From NCBI GenBank assembly GCA_964554405.1, contig CAZKOR010000001.1:19672-83671 (forward strand): DNA of 64,000 nucleotides, read 5' to 3'. Of this stretch, positions 9,899-20,572 are shown piece by piece. Below the pieces are notes generated by a model that worked only from the letters and a program-made list of their open reading frames with translations, was not told the origin of the DNA and did no database searches. The first letter of the stretch is position 1. Each line of letters begins with the position of its first letter. The position numbers and the translations under genes are program-made. Origin of the DNA: an uncultured Bacteroides sp. GTDB taxonomy: Bacteria; Bacillota; Clostridia; Lachnospirales; Lachnospiraceae.

Positions 9899-11650
9899 AT
9901 GTTTCATAAGTTAAACTATATTTTCTCCAAAACAGATAAGATTAAAATATTTTTCCTGATGATAGCTGTTGTTGTTGGAAGTTTTTTGGAATTGCTGGCT
10001 GTTTCCATTTTTTCACCTTTTATTGACCTGATTATGACATCAGATGCGTTGGAAGAAAGCAGTATAATATCCTATATTTATCATTTATTTTCATTTCGGA
10101 GTATAGAACATTTCCTTGCTTTGCTTGCAGGCGGGATTATTATCATCTATGTTGTAAAGGATATTTATACGATTATAGAGAAAAATGCCATTTATAAATT
10201 TTCATATAAAATTCAGAGAAAGATTTCTACGGATTTATTGAAGGCATATATGAGGGAGCCTTATACATTCCATTTGAACAAAAATATTTCCGTACTCCAA
10301 AGGAGTATGCAGGAAGATACGGACCAGTTCACGAAAGGAATCATTCACCTGATGGAAATGGTTGCTGAGGCAAGTGTCTGCGTTGCAATCGGTATTTATT
10401 TGTATATTGTGAGCAAATCTATTACGGTGATTATCGTTGGATTGTTGATTCTTTGTCTGGCTGTATTCTCCCTGATATCCAAAAAATATTCCAGTGCATG
10501 GGGCAGGGAAGGACAAGCGTATAAGTCCAAGATTTATCAGTGGATGAATCAGTCTTTAGGCGGCATTAAGGAAATAAAGGTTCTTAATAGAGAAGAGAGT
10601 TTTATCAGACATTATGACAGCTATTTTGCAAAATATGTCAGAGTACTGCGGTTGAATCGTTTGATTGGGGTTGTGCCCAAATATATTATAGAAATGGTAT
10701 GTATGACCGGGCTTCTTTTGGCGATTATCTTTAAAATCTTTTTCGGTCAAAAAGATTTGCTGGAATTTGTTCCCCAGCTTGCGGTTTTTGCGGTAGCAGC
10801 TTTCCGCCTTCTGCCGTCAGTCGGGAAAATAAATGAACATATGTCGGCAGTGTTATATGCAATGCCTTCGGTAGAGCTAATCTATAATGATTTGCGGGAG
10901 ATAGAGCGTCTTACCGAGGCTGTGAAAACGGATGCGGATCATACGGATGAGGCATGGAAGCTGCGGGAGAAGATTGAAGTGAAGAATGTCACTTACCGCT
11001 ATCCGGATGGAGAGGTAAATGTTATTGATAAAGCAAACTTTTTAATTCAGAAGGGAACGACAGTAGCTTTTATTGGTACATCAGGGGCAGGAAAATCAAC
11101 GATGGCAGATATATTACTGGGGCTTTTGGAGCCACAGAGCGGCAAGATATACGCAGATGGAATGAACGTATATAAAAACCTGCCCACATGGCAGAAGGAA
11201 ATAGGATATATACCGCAGTCGATTTACCTGTCGGATGATACGATTAGAAATAATGTGGCGTTTGGCGTGGATGAGAAAGAGATAGATGAGCAGGCGGTAA
11301 TAAATGCCTTGCAACAGGCACAGTTATATGATTTTGTAGACAGCCTTCCGGAAGGACTGGATACTTATGTGGGTGACAGAGGTATCAGATTGTCCGGCGG
11401 GCAGAGACAGCGTATCGGCATCGCGAGAGCGCTTTACCATGATCCGGAGATTTTGATATTGGATGAGGCAACCTCGGCGCTTGACAATGATACGGAATCT
11501 GCTGTTATGGAAGCAATAGAAAAGCTTCACGGTGAAAAAACTATGATCATCATTGCGCATAGGTTAACAACCATACAGAATGCAGATGTAATTTACGAAG
11601 TTGAGAACAGCGAAGTAAAGAGGAAAGAAAAGCAGGATGTGTTGAAATAG
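9899..11650 (+). CDS. ABC transporter permease/ATPase (PglK/MsbA-like lipid-linked glycan flippase)
   Basis: N-terminal TMD; GTSGAGKST, LSGGQRQRIGIARA, ILILDEATSALD, IAHRL. Confidence 0.92.
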   Translation: MFHKLNYIFSKTDKIKIFFLMIAVVVGSFLELLAVSIFSPFIDLIMTSDALEESSIISYIYHLFSFRSIEHFLALLAGGIIIIYVVKDIYTIIEKNAIYKFSYKIQRKISTDLLKAYMREPYTFHLNKNISVLQRSMQEDTDQFTKGIIHLMEMVAEASVCVAIGIYLYIVSKSITVIIVGLLILCLAVFSLISKKYSSAWGREGQAYKSKIYQWMNQSLGGIKEIKVLNREESFIRHYDSYFAKYVRVLRLNRLIGVVPKYIIEMVCMTGLLLAIIFKIFFGQKDLLEFVPQLAVFAVAAFRLLPSVGKINEHMSAVLYAMPSVELIYNDLREIERLTEAVKTDADHTDEAWKLREKIEVKNVTYRYPDGEVNVIDKANFLIQKGTTVAFIGTSGAGKSTMADILLGLLEPQSGKIYADGMNVYKNLPTWQKEIGYIPQSIYLSDDTIRNNVAFGVDEKEIDEQAVINALQQAQLYDFVDSLPEGLDTYVGDRGIRLSGGQRQRIGIARALYHDPEILILDEATSALDNDTESAVMEAIEKLHGEKTMIIIAHRLTTIQNADVIYEVENSEVKRKEKQDVLK

Positions 11651-11676
11651 AGCAGAAAACACATGAGGAAATATAG

Positions 11677-12546
11677 ATGAAAAGAGTGATAAAAGATATT
11701 TTGGCACAGATTGACTACCTGCTTTATCGGACAGGGCTGAAAAAATGCCATATTAAAGTGCATAGCGTTGAGGAAACAATAGACGAATTGATTCATACGA
11801 ATAAGAGTATGATACGATTCGGTGATGGGGAAGTTACGATGATTCGGGGAAGAAGCCTGAAACTGCAGCAGGTAGAACCTGAAATTATCGACGGATTAAA
11901 AAGACTGTTGACGTATGAACATGAGAATATGTTTGTCACCATTCCGGAAATATTTGATGATTTGTCCATTTATCGAAAAGAGAGCAGACAGTTTTGGAAA
12001 GATCATTTACTTTTTTCACGAAAAATATATGAGAAATACTGTAATCCGACCAGAGTATATTACAACACTTCCGTTTCCAGATTCTATTATGCGCTGGAAG
12101 ATAAAAGCATGTGCAGACAACAGGCAGAAAGCATTAAGGAAATCTGGAGAGATAAAGATGTTGTTGTTATAGAAGGAGAAAGAACGCATAACGGCGTAGG
12201 GAATGATTTATTAGACAGTGCAGGAAGCGTGGAAAGAATTATCGGCCCGAGCAGTGATGCTTATAAAAAACTGGATGAGCTGTTTGCATATTGTAAAGAA
12301 TATCCAAAGGATAGATTGTTTTTGGTTTCCTTAGGTGTTGCGGCGAAATTCTTAGTTGAAAAACTCTTTTTAGAAGGGTACAGAGCGCTTGACATCGGCA
12401 ATCTGGATATGGAATATGAATGGTATCTGCATCAGGCAAAATATAAAGAAAAAGTATCCAAGCATGATATTATCGGGGAAGAGGCAAACAGGAATGCCGG
12501 ATATCATGAATATCTTGCACAGATAAAAAAGAGGATTGTCATATGA
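11677..12546 (+). CDS. GT-D fold (DUF1792) glycosyltransferase
   Basis: SMIRFGDGE, GVGNDLL, SLGVAAK, ALDIGNLDMEYEW. Confidence 0.85.
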   Translation: MKRVIKDILAQIDYLLYRTGLKKCHIKVHSVEETIDELIHTNKSMIRFGDGEVTMIRGRSLKLQQVEPEIIDGLKRLLTYEHENMFVTIPEIFDDLSIYRKESRQFWKDHLLFSRKIYEKYCNPTRVYYNTSVSRFYYALEDKSMCRQQAESIKEIWRDKDVVVIEGERTHNGVGNDLLDSAGSVERIIGPSSDAYKKLDELFAYCKEYPKDRLFLVSLGVAAKFLVEKLFLEGYRALDIGNLDMEYEWYLHQAKYKEKVSKHDIIGEEANRNAGYHEYLAQIKKRIVI

Positions 12547-13691
12547 AAGTATTATATATGTCTCATAGATACCATACAAATCAAACAACCATTATGAAAG
12601 GCTGGAAGGAAAACGGACATGAGGTTCGGTTTTTAAGTCAATATGCCGGTAAAGTGGAAGATTATACGTATGTACAACCTATTGTAGTAGGGTATTCCCG
12701 CTTATTTATGGCATTTGATTATCTTTATGTACATTTTCTTAAGCGGAATGATCCGTTTGCTATTGATATGAAGCTGAAATGCGGCGTCCCGCCGCTGTTT
12801 AAACTGGCAAAATACATTAAGGAGTTTGAACCCGATATTGCAATTATCCGTGAGCGTTCTATTTATACGATCTGCATGAATGCCATCTGCAGGCATTATC
12901 ATATTCCGACAATACTTTACAATTTGAGTCCTGTTTGGGATAAGCCGAAGAAAATGGATCTCGCACATAAAATTGTATGGAAACTGACGCCAAAGTACCG
13001 GATGACGCCGACGAATCTGGTGGGAATTGATTTTACGGGACTTGTAAAAGATGAATACGGATACTGGGCGCCGTTCTTGATGGAACCACAGGTAGCGCCG
13101 GAAGAAAGGACTTATTTTGCCGATAATCGTATCAATATTTTTTGTATTGGAAAATATCAGGAGCGTAAAAATCATCAGATGATGATAGAGGCGGTAGAGG
13201 AACTGCTTCCGAAATACAATCTTCATTTAACGATTGCTGGAGAAATATCCAATCCTTTTCATGAGAAGTACTATCAAAAGGTAGTTGCTTATGTTAAAAA
13301 TCATCAATTAGAAGACAGAGTCACCTTTTTAGTAAATTTGAACAGGCAGCAGGTTTCCAAAGAGTATAGCAAAGCTGATGTGTATGTGCTTCCGGCAACG
13401 GGTGAGCCGGCATCTATTACAGTGATAGAAGCAATGGCACATTCCATACCGGCTGTCAGTGGCACTGACAATGGAACTGCAAGCTATATAGAATATGGGA
13501 AGACAGGTTATGTCTTTGAAGATAATAATAAAGAAGATTTAAAAGATAAATTAGAAAAAATCATATGTGACAAGGACAATCTAAAAAAAATGGGCGCTGC
13601 AGGATATCAGCATGTGAAGGATAATTTTCAGTTCAAAAACTATTATGAGCGGATAGAGGAAATTCAGGAAAGACGAAAGAAAGAGAAATAG
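12543..13691 (+). CDS. GT4 glycosyltransferase
   Basis: IGKYQERKN, VLPATGEPASITVIEAMA. Confidence 0.85.
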   Translation: MKVLYMSHRYHTNQTTIMKGWKENGHEVRFLSQYAGKVEDYTYVQPIVVGYSRLFMAFDYLYVHFLKRNDPFAIDMKLKCGVPPLFKLAKYIKEFEPDIAIIRERSIYTICMNAICRHYHIPTILYNLSPVWDKPKKMDLAHKIVWKLTPKYRMTPTNLVGIDFTGLVKDEYGYWAPFLMEPQVAPEERTYFADNRINIFCIGKYQERKNHQMMIEAVEELLPKYNLHLTIAGEISNPFHEKYYQKVVAYVKNHQLEDRVTFLVNLNRQQVSKEYSKADVYVLPATGEPASITVIEAMAHSIPAVSGTDNGTASYIEYGKTGYVFEDNNKEDLKDKLEKIICDKDNLKKMGAAGYQHVKDNFQFKNYYERIEEIQERRKKEK

Positions 13692-13709
13692 TATTGGAGG
13701 CTGCTTTTC

Positions 13710-15221
13710 ATGAAATGTGCAGAGGCTAAAAAAAGATATGCTCAGATACTTGTTTTGTTCTTACTGGGGATAGGATTTTATTTATTTTCCGGTCAGGAAT
13801 GGATGGTATTGGAGAAGGATTCTCAATTTTATTTGGATGCGACAACAAATATGTCCGGAGTTATGCCGATATATCCATTATTTTTATCTGTTGTAAAATA
13901 TATTTTTGGGGAAACTTTGTATCTGGATGCTGCAGTTGTGATTCAATCTATTATCGCCATACTCTTTACCATGATTTTTGTGTTATATTTGCAATATACT
14001 TTTCGGTTGAAATTTATAGAAACGATATTGTTTTACATTGGTGCGATGCTGCCATTTGCGATTGACCTTCCCAGAGTGTGTGCCACACATCAGATGATGA
14101 CAGAGAGTCTGGCATTTTCTTTTTTTTATATTTATTTTATGTTTTTAATGCAGTATGTATTATCCGGAAAAAGAAAATGGGTATTTGTTACTACAGGAAT
14201 GGCAGTTTTTATGGCGCTAATTAGAAGCCAATTGCTTTTTTTAATAATTATTACTGCAATTTTTTTTGTATGTATGGAGTTTGCGAAAGGCAAGAAGAGC
14301 AGGGGTATAAAAAGATGGATAAAAGCAGGACTGAATCTTTTATTATGTGTAGTAATATCGTATTTGTTAGTGCTGTTTGTTTATAAGGTCAAGGAGAGTT
14401 ATTATGTATATGTATTGCCGGTTGTCAATAACTGGAGTCAGAATACGGAAGTGGAAGTATCAGAAAGTAAAAATGAAGAAAAAGAGAATGAATTAACAGC
14501 AGAATCTGAAGAAATAAAATATCAGGAAACAATGTCTCAAATGACACATCTTATTATTATAAGAGGATTGTTTGAAGCTGATGAAGAAGACGTTATATTA
14601 TTTGAGACGCCGGAAATGCAGGAAATATTCAGAAGAGTATATGACGAGGTAGATAAAAGACAGTATCGCTATGAATATGCAGAGCCGGGGTTATATATGT
14701 GGAAAAATTTAGTAAAGGATAAGATTGCAAATGTTGCTGTTGAGACAATTGGAAATTATTTGAGCGAAAATCCGGAGATTCATATAGATAAAGAAGAAGT
14801 TATGAGAGAACTGGGGATGAAGGTGCTGTTGAAGCATTTTGACAGATATCTGTATCATTCTATTAGATTAATGATTGTTGGATTTATTAGCAGCGTCTTT
14901 TTTCAGATAGAAAAAATATACTTGCTATGTCATCTTATAACACTATTTTTATTTGTATTTAGTATATGGGGGATGTTATATTGTATTAAGTATAAAGGGG
15001 AAAAGAATGTTGTAGTTTTTGCAGGCATGGCGGTGGGATTTATTTGTCTGTTAGTTGGCGTGATTACTTTAGTGTTTGTGCCGCTGCAAAGATATATGGT
15101 GTATGCTATGGGAATTTTTTATTGCAGTTTGTATTTGTTAATGAAAGAGACAGTGCTCATTACTGCAAAGAGATTTCCAGATAACCGGGTATTGGCTGTA
15201 GCAGCAAATATTTTAGAATGA
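13710..15221 (+). CDS. Multi-TM membrane protein, putative GT-C glycosyltransferase
   Basis: EKDSQFY..PIYPLFL, MTESLAF, LIRSQ, QRY motifs; adjacent to the GT2/DUF2304 pair. Confidence 0.55.
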   Translation: MKCAEAKKRYAQILVLFLLGIGFYLFSGQEWMVLEKDSQFYLDATTNMSGVMPIYPLFLSVVKYIFGETLYLDAAVVIQSIIAILFTMIFVLYLQYTFRLKFIETILFYIGAMLPFAIDLPRVCATHQMMTESLAFSFFYIYFMFLMQYVLSGKRKWVFVTTGMAVFMALIRSQLLFLIIITAIFFVCMEFAKGKKSRGIKRWIKAGLNLLLCVVISYLLVLFVYKVKESYYVYVLPVVNNWSQNTEVEVSESKNEEKENELTAESEEIKYQETMSQMTHLIIIRGLFEADEEDVILFETPEMQEIFRRVYDEVDKRQYRYEYAEPGLYMWKNLVKDKIANVAVETIGNYLSENPEIHIDKEEVMRELGMKVLLKHFDRYLYHSIRLMIVGFISSVFFQIEKIYLLCHLITLFLFVFSIWGMLYCIKYKGEKNVVVFAGMAVGFICLLVGVITLVFVPLQRYMVYAMGIFYCSLYLLMKETVLITAKRFPDNRVLAVAANILE

Positions 15222-15229
15222 GGATTGCC

Positions 15230-16012
15230 ATGGAGAAAAAAGATATTAAAGTTCTGATTATTATTCCGGCTTATAATGAAGAAGAGAATATTGCCGAAGT
15301 GATAGAGCACTTGACTTCACAGCTTACGGCGGGAACTTTGGATGTACGTATGTCTGTTGATTATTTGATTATTAACGATGGCTCCGGAGATTCTACTTTG
15401 GAAATATGCAATAAGCAGCATTTTCAATATTTGAATCTGTCAATCAATCTGGGAATCGGCGGTGCGGTTCAGGCCGGTTATATTTATGCCGGGAGAAACG
15501 GATATGATATCGCAGTACAGATGGATGGAGACGGGCAGCACGATATTGCTTATCTGGAAGATATGTTAAAGCCGCTTTTGGAAGATAAGGCAGATATTGT
15601 GATTGGTTCACGCTTTTTGAAAAAAGAGGGTTTTCAGTCATCGCAGACAAGACGAATTGGTATTGGTATTCTGAGTTTGTTAATTAGAATAACAACCGGA
15701 CGTAAAATCATAGATGTAACAAGCGGATACCGCGCAGTGAATCAAAAGTTTATTACCATCTATGCGAATGATTATCCGACCGATTATCCGGAGCCGGAAG
15801 CAATCGTTACAGCGGTTATGCACAGAGGCAGAGTGATGGAAGTGCCGGTTCAAATGAAAGCAAGGGAAGGCGGTAAAAGTTCCATTACATTCCGTAAATC
15901 TATATATTATATGATAAAGGTTACACTGGCGATTTTGGTCTGCCGGTTGAGTTATGGAATCAGGCGGGCGCCTGTGGATGTTAATTTACAGACTGAGAAG
16001 GGAGTAGAGTGA
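15230..16012 (+). CDS. GT2 polyprenol-phosphate glycosyltransferase (DPM1/GacI-like)
   Basis: IIIPAYNEE, INDGSGD, NLGIGGAVQAG, QMDGDGQH, DVTSGYRA, YPEPE; ATG 15230 after GAGGA. Confidence 0.9.
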   Translation: MEKKDIKVLIIIPAYNEEENIAEVIEHLTSQLTAGTLDVRMSVDYLIINDGSGDSTLEICNKQHFQYLNLSINLGIGGAVQAGYIYAGRNGYDIAVQMDGDGQHDIAYLEDMLKPLLEDKADIVIGSRFLKKEGFQSSQTRRIGIGILSLLIRITTGRKIIDVTSGYRAVNQKFITIYANDYPTDYPEPEAIVTAVMHRGRVMEVPVQMKAREGGKSSITFRKSIYYMIKVTLAILVCRLSYGIRRAPVDVNLQTEKGVE

Positions 16013-16395
16013 TAGAGATGATTCCTTCTACATTGAGATTTTTTTTGATTATAGCGGTAATATGCTATTTCATCATTATATTGTATTTTTTGAAGCAGAG
16101 AGCATTGAATCTGAAATATACGCTTTTATGGCTGCTGGCGGGTGTTGTAATGGGACTGCTCGTTATTTTCCCGGAGCTGTTAGTACGCATCATTCATATT
16201 TTCGGTATTGAAGACAATATGAATGGGCTTTTTATCATATGTATTGCCTTTATACTGATGATTTTGATGGCGCTTACTTCGATTGCATCCAGACAAAATA
16301 TGAAAATTAGATTGCTTGTGCAGGAAATAGCTATTTTGGAGAAGAGAATTCGGGAGTTGGAAGCAGATACAGGGAAGAGGGGACAGGATGAATAA
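16009..16395 (+). CDS. DUF2304-family small membrane protein (GacJ-like)
   Basis: Three TM segments, LKYTLLWL, C-terminal LVQEIAILEK coiled coil; directly after the GT2. Confidence 0.8.
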   Translation: MIEMIPSTLRFFLIIAVICYFIIILYFLKQRALNLKYTLLWLLAGVVMGLLVIFPELLVRIIHIFGIEDNMNGLFIICIAFILMILMALTSIASRQNMKIRLLVQEIAILEKRIRELEADTGKRGQDE

Positions 16396-17356
16396 TAAGA
16401 GAATACTAATTACCGGATTTTCGGGGTTTGTGGCAAGACATTTTGTTGATTATCTGCATGCTTTAAACATTGATGTGGAAATATATGGAATAGATATCAG
16501 AGAGCCTTTATATGACGTTGGGCAGTATTTGCCAAAATTGAAAATCAGGTTCAGAGTATTGGATATGACGGACGTTGGACAGCTGGCAGATTTATTCCGT
16601 GAGTTTACCCCTGATTATATTCTACATCTGGCGGCATATAGCAGTGTTGCATATAGTTGGAAAAATCCGGCTGAGAGCTTTATGAATAACAGCAATATAT
16701 TCCTAAACCTGATTCATGCAGTTCAGGAGTATAATCCGGAGTGCCGGGTTCTGTCTGTCGGTTCTTCAGAAGAATATGGGAATGTGGACAAAGATAATTT
16801 ACCAATCAGAGAAAATCAGCCGTTGCAGCCGACCAGTCCATATGCTGTTGCGAGAGTATCGCAGGAAATGTTGTCTAGGATATTTTCAGAGACCTTTCAT
16901 TTGAATATTATTCTGACCAGGTCTTTTAATCATATCGGACCCAGACAGGATGACCGTTTTGCTGTTCCCAGTTTTATCAGCAGAATTTTGGAAATTAAAC
17001 GAAAAGGTTTAAGTTGTGGGGAGATTGAAACAGGCGACATTACGGTCATCCGTGACTTCGTTGATGTTCGGGATGTCGTGCGGGCATATTATTTGCTGCT
17101 TTTAAAAGGAAAATCAGGTGAGGTATATAATATTTGTTCAGGGAAGGGCGTTTCGCTTCAGGATTTGATAGATGTGATTGCCGGGCAAGTGGGAGTGGAG
17201 GTTACGACGAAAATCAATCAGGCATTCATAAGGCCAAGAGATAATATGATTACAGTCGGTTCCCCGTTTAAAATCGAGTCAGAGTTGGGGTGGCATCCGG
17301 AAATCAGTTTGTATGATACGATACACGACATGATCCAGTTTAAAGAACAAGGCTGA
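16388..17356 (+). CDS. NAD-dependent epimerase/dehydratase (GDP-4-keto-6-deoxy-mannose reductase Rmd / Gmd family)
   Basis: ILITGFSGFV, HLAAYSSV..SW, GSSEEYG, SPYAVAR, RSFNHIGP, RDFVDVRD. Confidence 0.8.
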   Translation: MNNKRILITGFSGFVARHFVDYLHALNIDVEIYGIDIREPLYDVGQYLPKLKIRFRVLDMTDVGQLADLFREFTPDYILHLAAYSSVAYSWKNPAESFMNNSNIFLNLIHAVQEYNPECRVLSVGSSEEYGNVDKDNLPIRENQPLQPTSPYAVARVSQEMLSRIFSETFHLNIILTRSFNHIGPRQDDRFAVPSFISRILEIKRKGLSCGEIETGDITVIRDFVDVRDVVRAYYLLLLKGKSGEVYNICSGKGVSLQDLIDVIAGQVGVEVTTKINQAFIRPRDNMITVGSPFKIESELGWHPEISLYDTIHDMIQFKEQG

Positions 17357-17377
17357 GAAAGGAACATAGCTTATAAA

Positions 17378-18493
17378 ATGGAAAAAATCGCGATTGATTT
17401 ACTATGGCTCCGTCCCGGCAAAGTCGGCGGGACAGAGTCTTATATTAGGAATTTGTTGGATAGTTTTATGAAATTGAAAGAGGATTTTGATTTTACGCTG
17501 TTGGTGTCTTTGGATAATGCGGATACTTTTCGGAAATATGAGGAAGACAGGCGGTATCATCTTTTAGTTGCAAATATTGAGTCAGCGAATATAGCAAAAC
17601 GTATTATATGGCAGAACTTATTTCAAAACCGGCTGCTTCGGAAGCATGGTTTTAAAAAATGCTTTGAACCTGTATATTGTAAGCCCTGGCTGAATGGGGG
17701 CATTCAGTATACCTGTGTCATTTTTGATTTGCAGGCACTTCATTATCCCGAATACCATCCGTTTCACGAGGTAGCATATTCCAGATTGTGCTGGAGAATG
17801 GATGTTATGAATGCGGCGCGGATTATGACTACTTCCCATTGGGTAAAAGAGGATATCGAACAGAAATATCATAGAGATGACATTAATGTCATTTATGTAC
17901 CTATTTTAATTAAGGAAGATGAAGTAGTAGATTTTGAACTGCTCCGAAAGAAATACCATATTGAAAAGGAACGGTTTTTTTATACGGTATGCCAGATGAT
18001 ACCGCATAAAAATCTTCGGACATTGATTGATATGATAGACCGGATTGTGCATGGAAATTATGATTTGCCGGACAAGCTGGTCATCAGTGGTGTCAATGGC
18101 AACGCAGCAGAAGAACTGAAAAAGCAGATTATGGATAAAGGCTTGCAGGATGCAGTTATTCTGACAGGATTCGTCAGCAATGAAGAGAGAAATTCGCTGT
18201 ATCAGAATTGCCATACATTCCTGTTCCCAAGTGTCTTTGAAGGGTTTGGAATGCCGCCGATAGAAGCTATGCTTTTCCATACACGCGTCATTACGACCAG
18301 ATGCGCCTCCATCCCGGAGGTTACGCAAGGGAAAGCTGTTTATGTAGATGATCCGTATGATGCAGAAGAATGGATTGAAAAACTTCTGGAAAAACAAGCG
18401 CAGGAAACTATGGATTTCAGTGTGTATGATCCGGAAAGAATTTCAAAGAAATATCTGGATTTTTTGAAGGAGCCGATATGGAAGAAAAGATAA
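17378..18493 (+). CDS. GT4 glycosyltransferase (MtfB-like)
   Basis: GGTESY, PHKNL, FLFPSVFEGFGMPPIEAM. Confidence 0.9.
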   Translation: MEKIAIDLLWLRPGKVGGTESYIRNLLDSFMKLKEDFDFTLLVSLDNADTFRKYEEDRRYHLLVANIESANIAKRIIWQNLFQNRLLRKHGFKKCFEPVYCKPWLNGGIQYTCVIFDLQALHYPEYHPFHEVAYSRLCWRMDVMNAARIMTTSHWVKEDIEQKYHRDDINVIYVPILIKEDEVVDFELLRKKYHIEKERFFYTVCQMIPHKNLRTLIDMIDRIVHGNYDLPDKLVISGVNGNAAEELKKQIMDKGLQDAVILTGFVSNEERNSLYQNCHTFLFPSVFEGFGMPPIEAMLFHTRVITTRCASIPEVTQGKAVYVDDPYDAEEWIEKLLEKQAQETMDFSVYDPERISKKYLDFLKEPIWKKR

Positions 18494-19404
18494 GCGTCAT
18501 ATTAGTGAATTATAATGGGAAAGAATACAATGATAAATGCATTTCCTCGATACTGGATAGTACCATCAGGCGTCAGATTCAGATAGTTGTAGTGGATAAT
18601 GCGTCTACGGATGATTCTCTGGAACTGCTGAAAAAAAACTGGGGATCCCATGAGCAGGTAAAGATACTCTCTTTGGATGAAAATTATGGATTTTCCAAAG
18701 CGAATAATGAAGGTATTCGCTGGTCATTGGAACAGGGAATAGAGTACTTTCTGCTTTTGAATAACGATACCGAAATACAGCCGGATGCGATAGAGAAGAT
18801 GATTCATTATCAGAAGGAAAAGAATGGGATAATTGTTCCTAAGATTTTATATAGCGATAGAAGGGATACTATCTGGTGTGCCGGGGGCAGTTTTACGCCA
18901 ATTTTGAGGAAAGCTGTTCAGAGAGGGTTTAATCAGACCGATAAGAGACAGTTCGATGTAAGCGTGGAGTGTCAGTTTGCCAATGGATGTGCTTTGTTTT
19001 TGTCAAAAGAGGTTGTGGGTAAGATAGGTTATTTGGATGAGCGGTTCTTCCTTTATTATGAAGACGTGGAATACAGTATGCGTGCAGAGAAGAAAGGAAT
19101 CGGCATATGGTACTGCGCAGAGGCTGTTGTATTCCATAAGGTAAATGGTTCTACGAAAGGGAATGAAAAGCCTGCTAATGCCTATTATATTACAAGGAAC
19201 TGGCTGCTTTGTAATAGTCTTTATTTTCGTGGCAGGCAACATTGGAATGGGAAGTTCTATGTTTTCTTTCTGTATTTCTTCTGCAATCGGCTTGCATGGA
19301 TGCTGATTTGGTTTTTGCAGGGAAAACGGGAGATGTGCAGGGCGCAGGTCAGAGGAATCAGGGATTTTTTTAGGGAGAAATGGGGGAAGCTTGTCTTTTT
19401 ATGA
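18478..19404 (+). CDS. GT2 glycosyltransferase (rhamnosyltransferase-like)
   Basis: ILVNYNG, VDNASTD, NYGFSKANN, LLNNDT, DERFFLYYED. Confidence 0.9.
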   Translation: MEEKISVILVNYNGKEYNDKCISSILDSTIRRQIQIVVVDNASTDDSLELLKKNWGSHEQVKILSLDENYGFSKANNEGIRWSLEQGIEYFLLLNNDTEIQPDAIEKMIHYQKEKNGIIVPKILYSDRRDTIWCAGGSFTPILRKAVQRGFNQTDKRQFDVSVECQFANGCALFLSKEVVGKIGYLDERFFLYYEDVEYSMRAEKKGIGIWYCAEAVVFHKVNGSTKGNEKPANAYYITRNWLLCNSLYFRGRQHWNGKFYVFFLYFFCNRLAWMLIWFLQGKREMCRAQVRGIRDFFREKWGKLVFL

Positions 19405-19419
19405 TAAGTTTGTTATACT
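19391..19419 (+). promoter_or_regulatory. Putative sigma70/sigmaA promoter with extended -10
   Basis: TTGTCT-17 bp-TATACT with TG immediately upstream (TGtTATACT), 40 bp before ATG 19459. Confidence 0.55.
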
Positions 19420-19458
19420 GATTTTGCATACATTTGAAAGATTTTAGGGGCATTTCAT

Positions 19459-20565
19459 ATGAAAAAAGGGTATTACATTCATTTTCAGGGAAGGTCCTCC
19501 ATTGGTATCAGTAAAAAAATTGATATGCAGATGGAGGAATTTGCCCAACATTATGATATAAAAGAACTTGAAGTTCCAACACCGGTCAGGTCGCTTGTAT
19601 TGAGAGTGCTTGGCTTATTTCCTACGGCATCTATAACCAGAGATTATCAAAAAGCATTTGAAGAATTAGACAATCCGGATTTCATATATGCGCGCCGTAC
19701 TGTAGCAGATAGAGCATATTTAAGATTTTGGAAGCAAGTAAAAGAAAAATTTCCTAATTGTAAGATTATTATAGAGATTTTCACTTATCCATATGATAAA
19801 GATGATTTTGCGAAGTGGGATGCGTGGCCGTTTTATATCAAGGAACGGATATATCGTGGAAATTTAAAAAAATATGTTGACAGATTCGTGACATACTCGG
19901 ATGACAAAGAAATTTTCGGGGTGCCGACAATTTGCACAACGAATGGTGTCCAAGTAGAGCGTATAGCGATTGTTAAAGGAGAATACCAAGATAATAAAAT
20001 AACTTTGCTTGGAGTAGCCTATATGCAAAGGCATCACGGATATGAGCGAATCATCGAAGGAATGAGAAAATACTATCAAAATAAGGGTAATAGATACATC
20101 GTGGAGTTTTTGCTGGTCGGTGATGGACCGGAGAAAGCAAAATATCAAGGTTTAGTAAAGAAGTATAGATTGCAGGATTATGTAAAATTCTATCCGACTA
20201 TGTCCGGTAAACAGTTGGATGAGATGTATGATGGCAGCGATATAGCATTGGCATCTTTTGGAATGTATAAGTTAGGCATTTATGAGAAATTGGGAGCATT
20301 AAAAACGAGAGAATGTCTGGCAAAGGGAATGCCTCTTATTACAGGGTGTGAGATAGAGGGGCTGGAAGATGATTATAAGTATGTCAAGAATTTTCCCAAT
20401 AATGCGACAAGCGTGGATATAGAAGAAGTTGTTAAATTCTATGAGAAAATAAAACAGGAGAATCCGGATAAAAAGGCAATTGCCAATTGTATTCGCGAAT
20501 ATGCCATTCAGCATGTTAGTATGAAGTCAGTTATGCAGCCTATTATAGATTATATAGAAAGTTGA
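19459..20565 (+). CDS. GT4-type glycosyltransferase
   Basis: HHGYERII, LVGDGPE, LKTRECLAKGMP. Confidence 0.8.
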   Translation: MKKGYYIHFQGRSSIGISKKIDMQMEEFAQHYDIKELEVPTPVRSLVLRVLGLFPTASITRDYQKAFEELDNPDFIYARRTVADRAYLRFWKQVKEKFPNCKIIIEIFTYPYDKDDFAKWDAWPFYIKERIYRGNLKKYVDRFVTYSDDKEIFGVPTICTTNGVQVERIAIVKGEYQDNKITLLGVAYMQRHHGYERIIEGMRKYYQNKGNRYIVEFLLVGDGPEKAKYQGLVKKYRLQDYVKFYPTMSGKQLDEMYDGSDIALASFGMYKLGIYEKLGALKTRECLAKGMPLITGCEIEGLEDDYKYVKNFPNNATSVDIEEVVKFYEKIKQENPDKKAIANCIREYAIQHVSMKSVMQPIIDYIES

Positions 20566-20572
20566 GAAAAAA

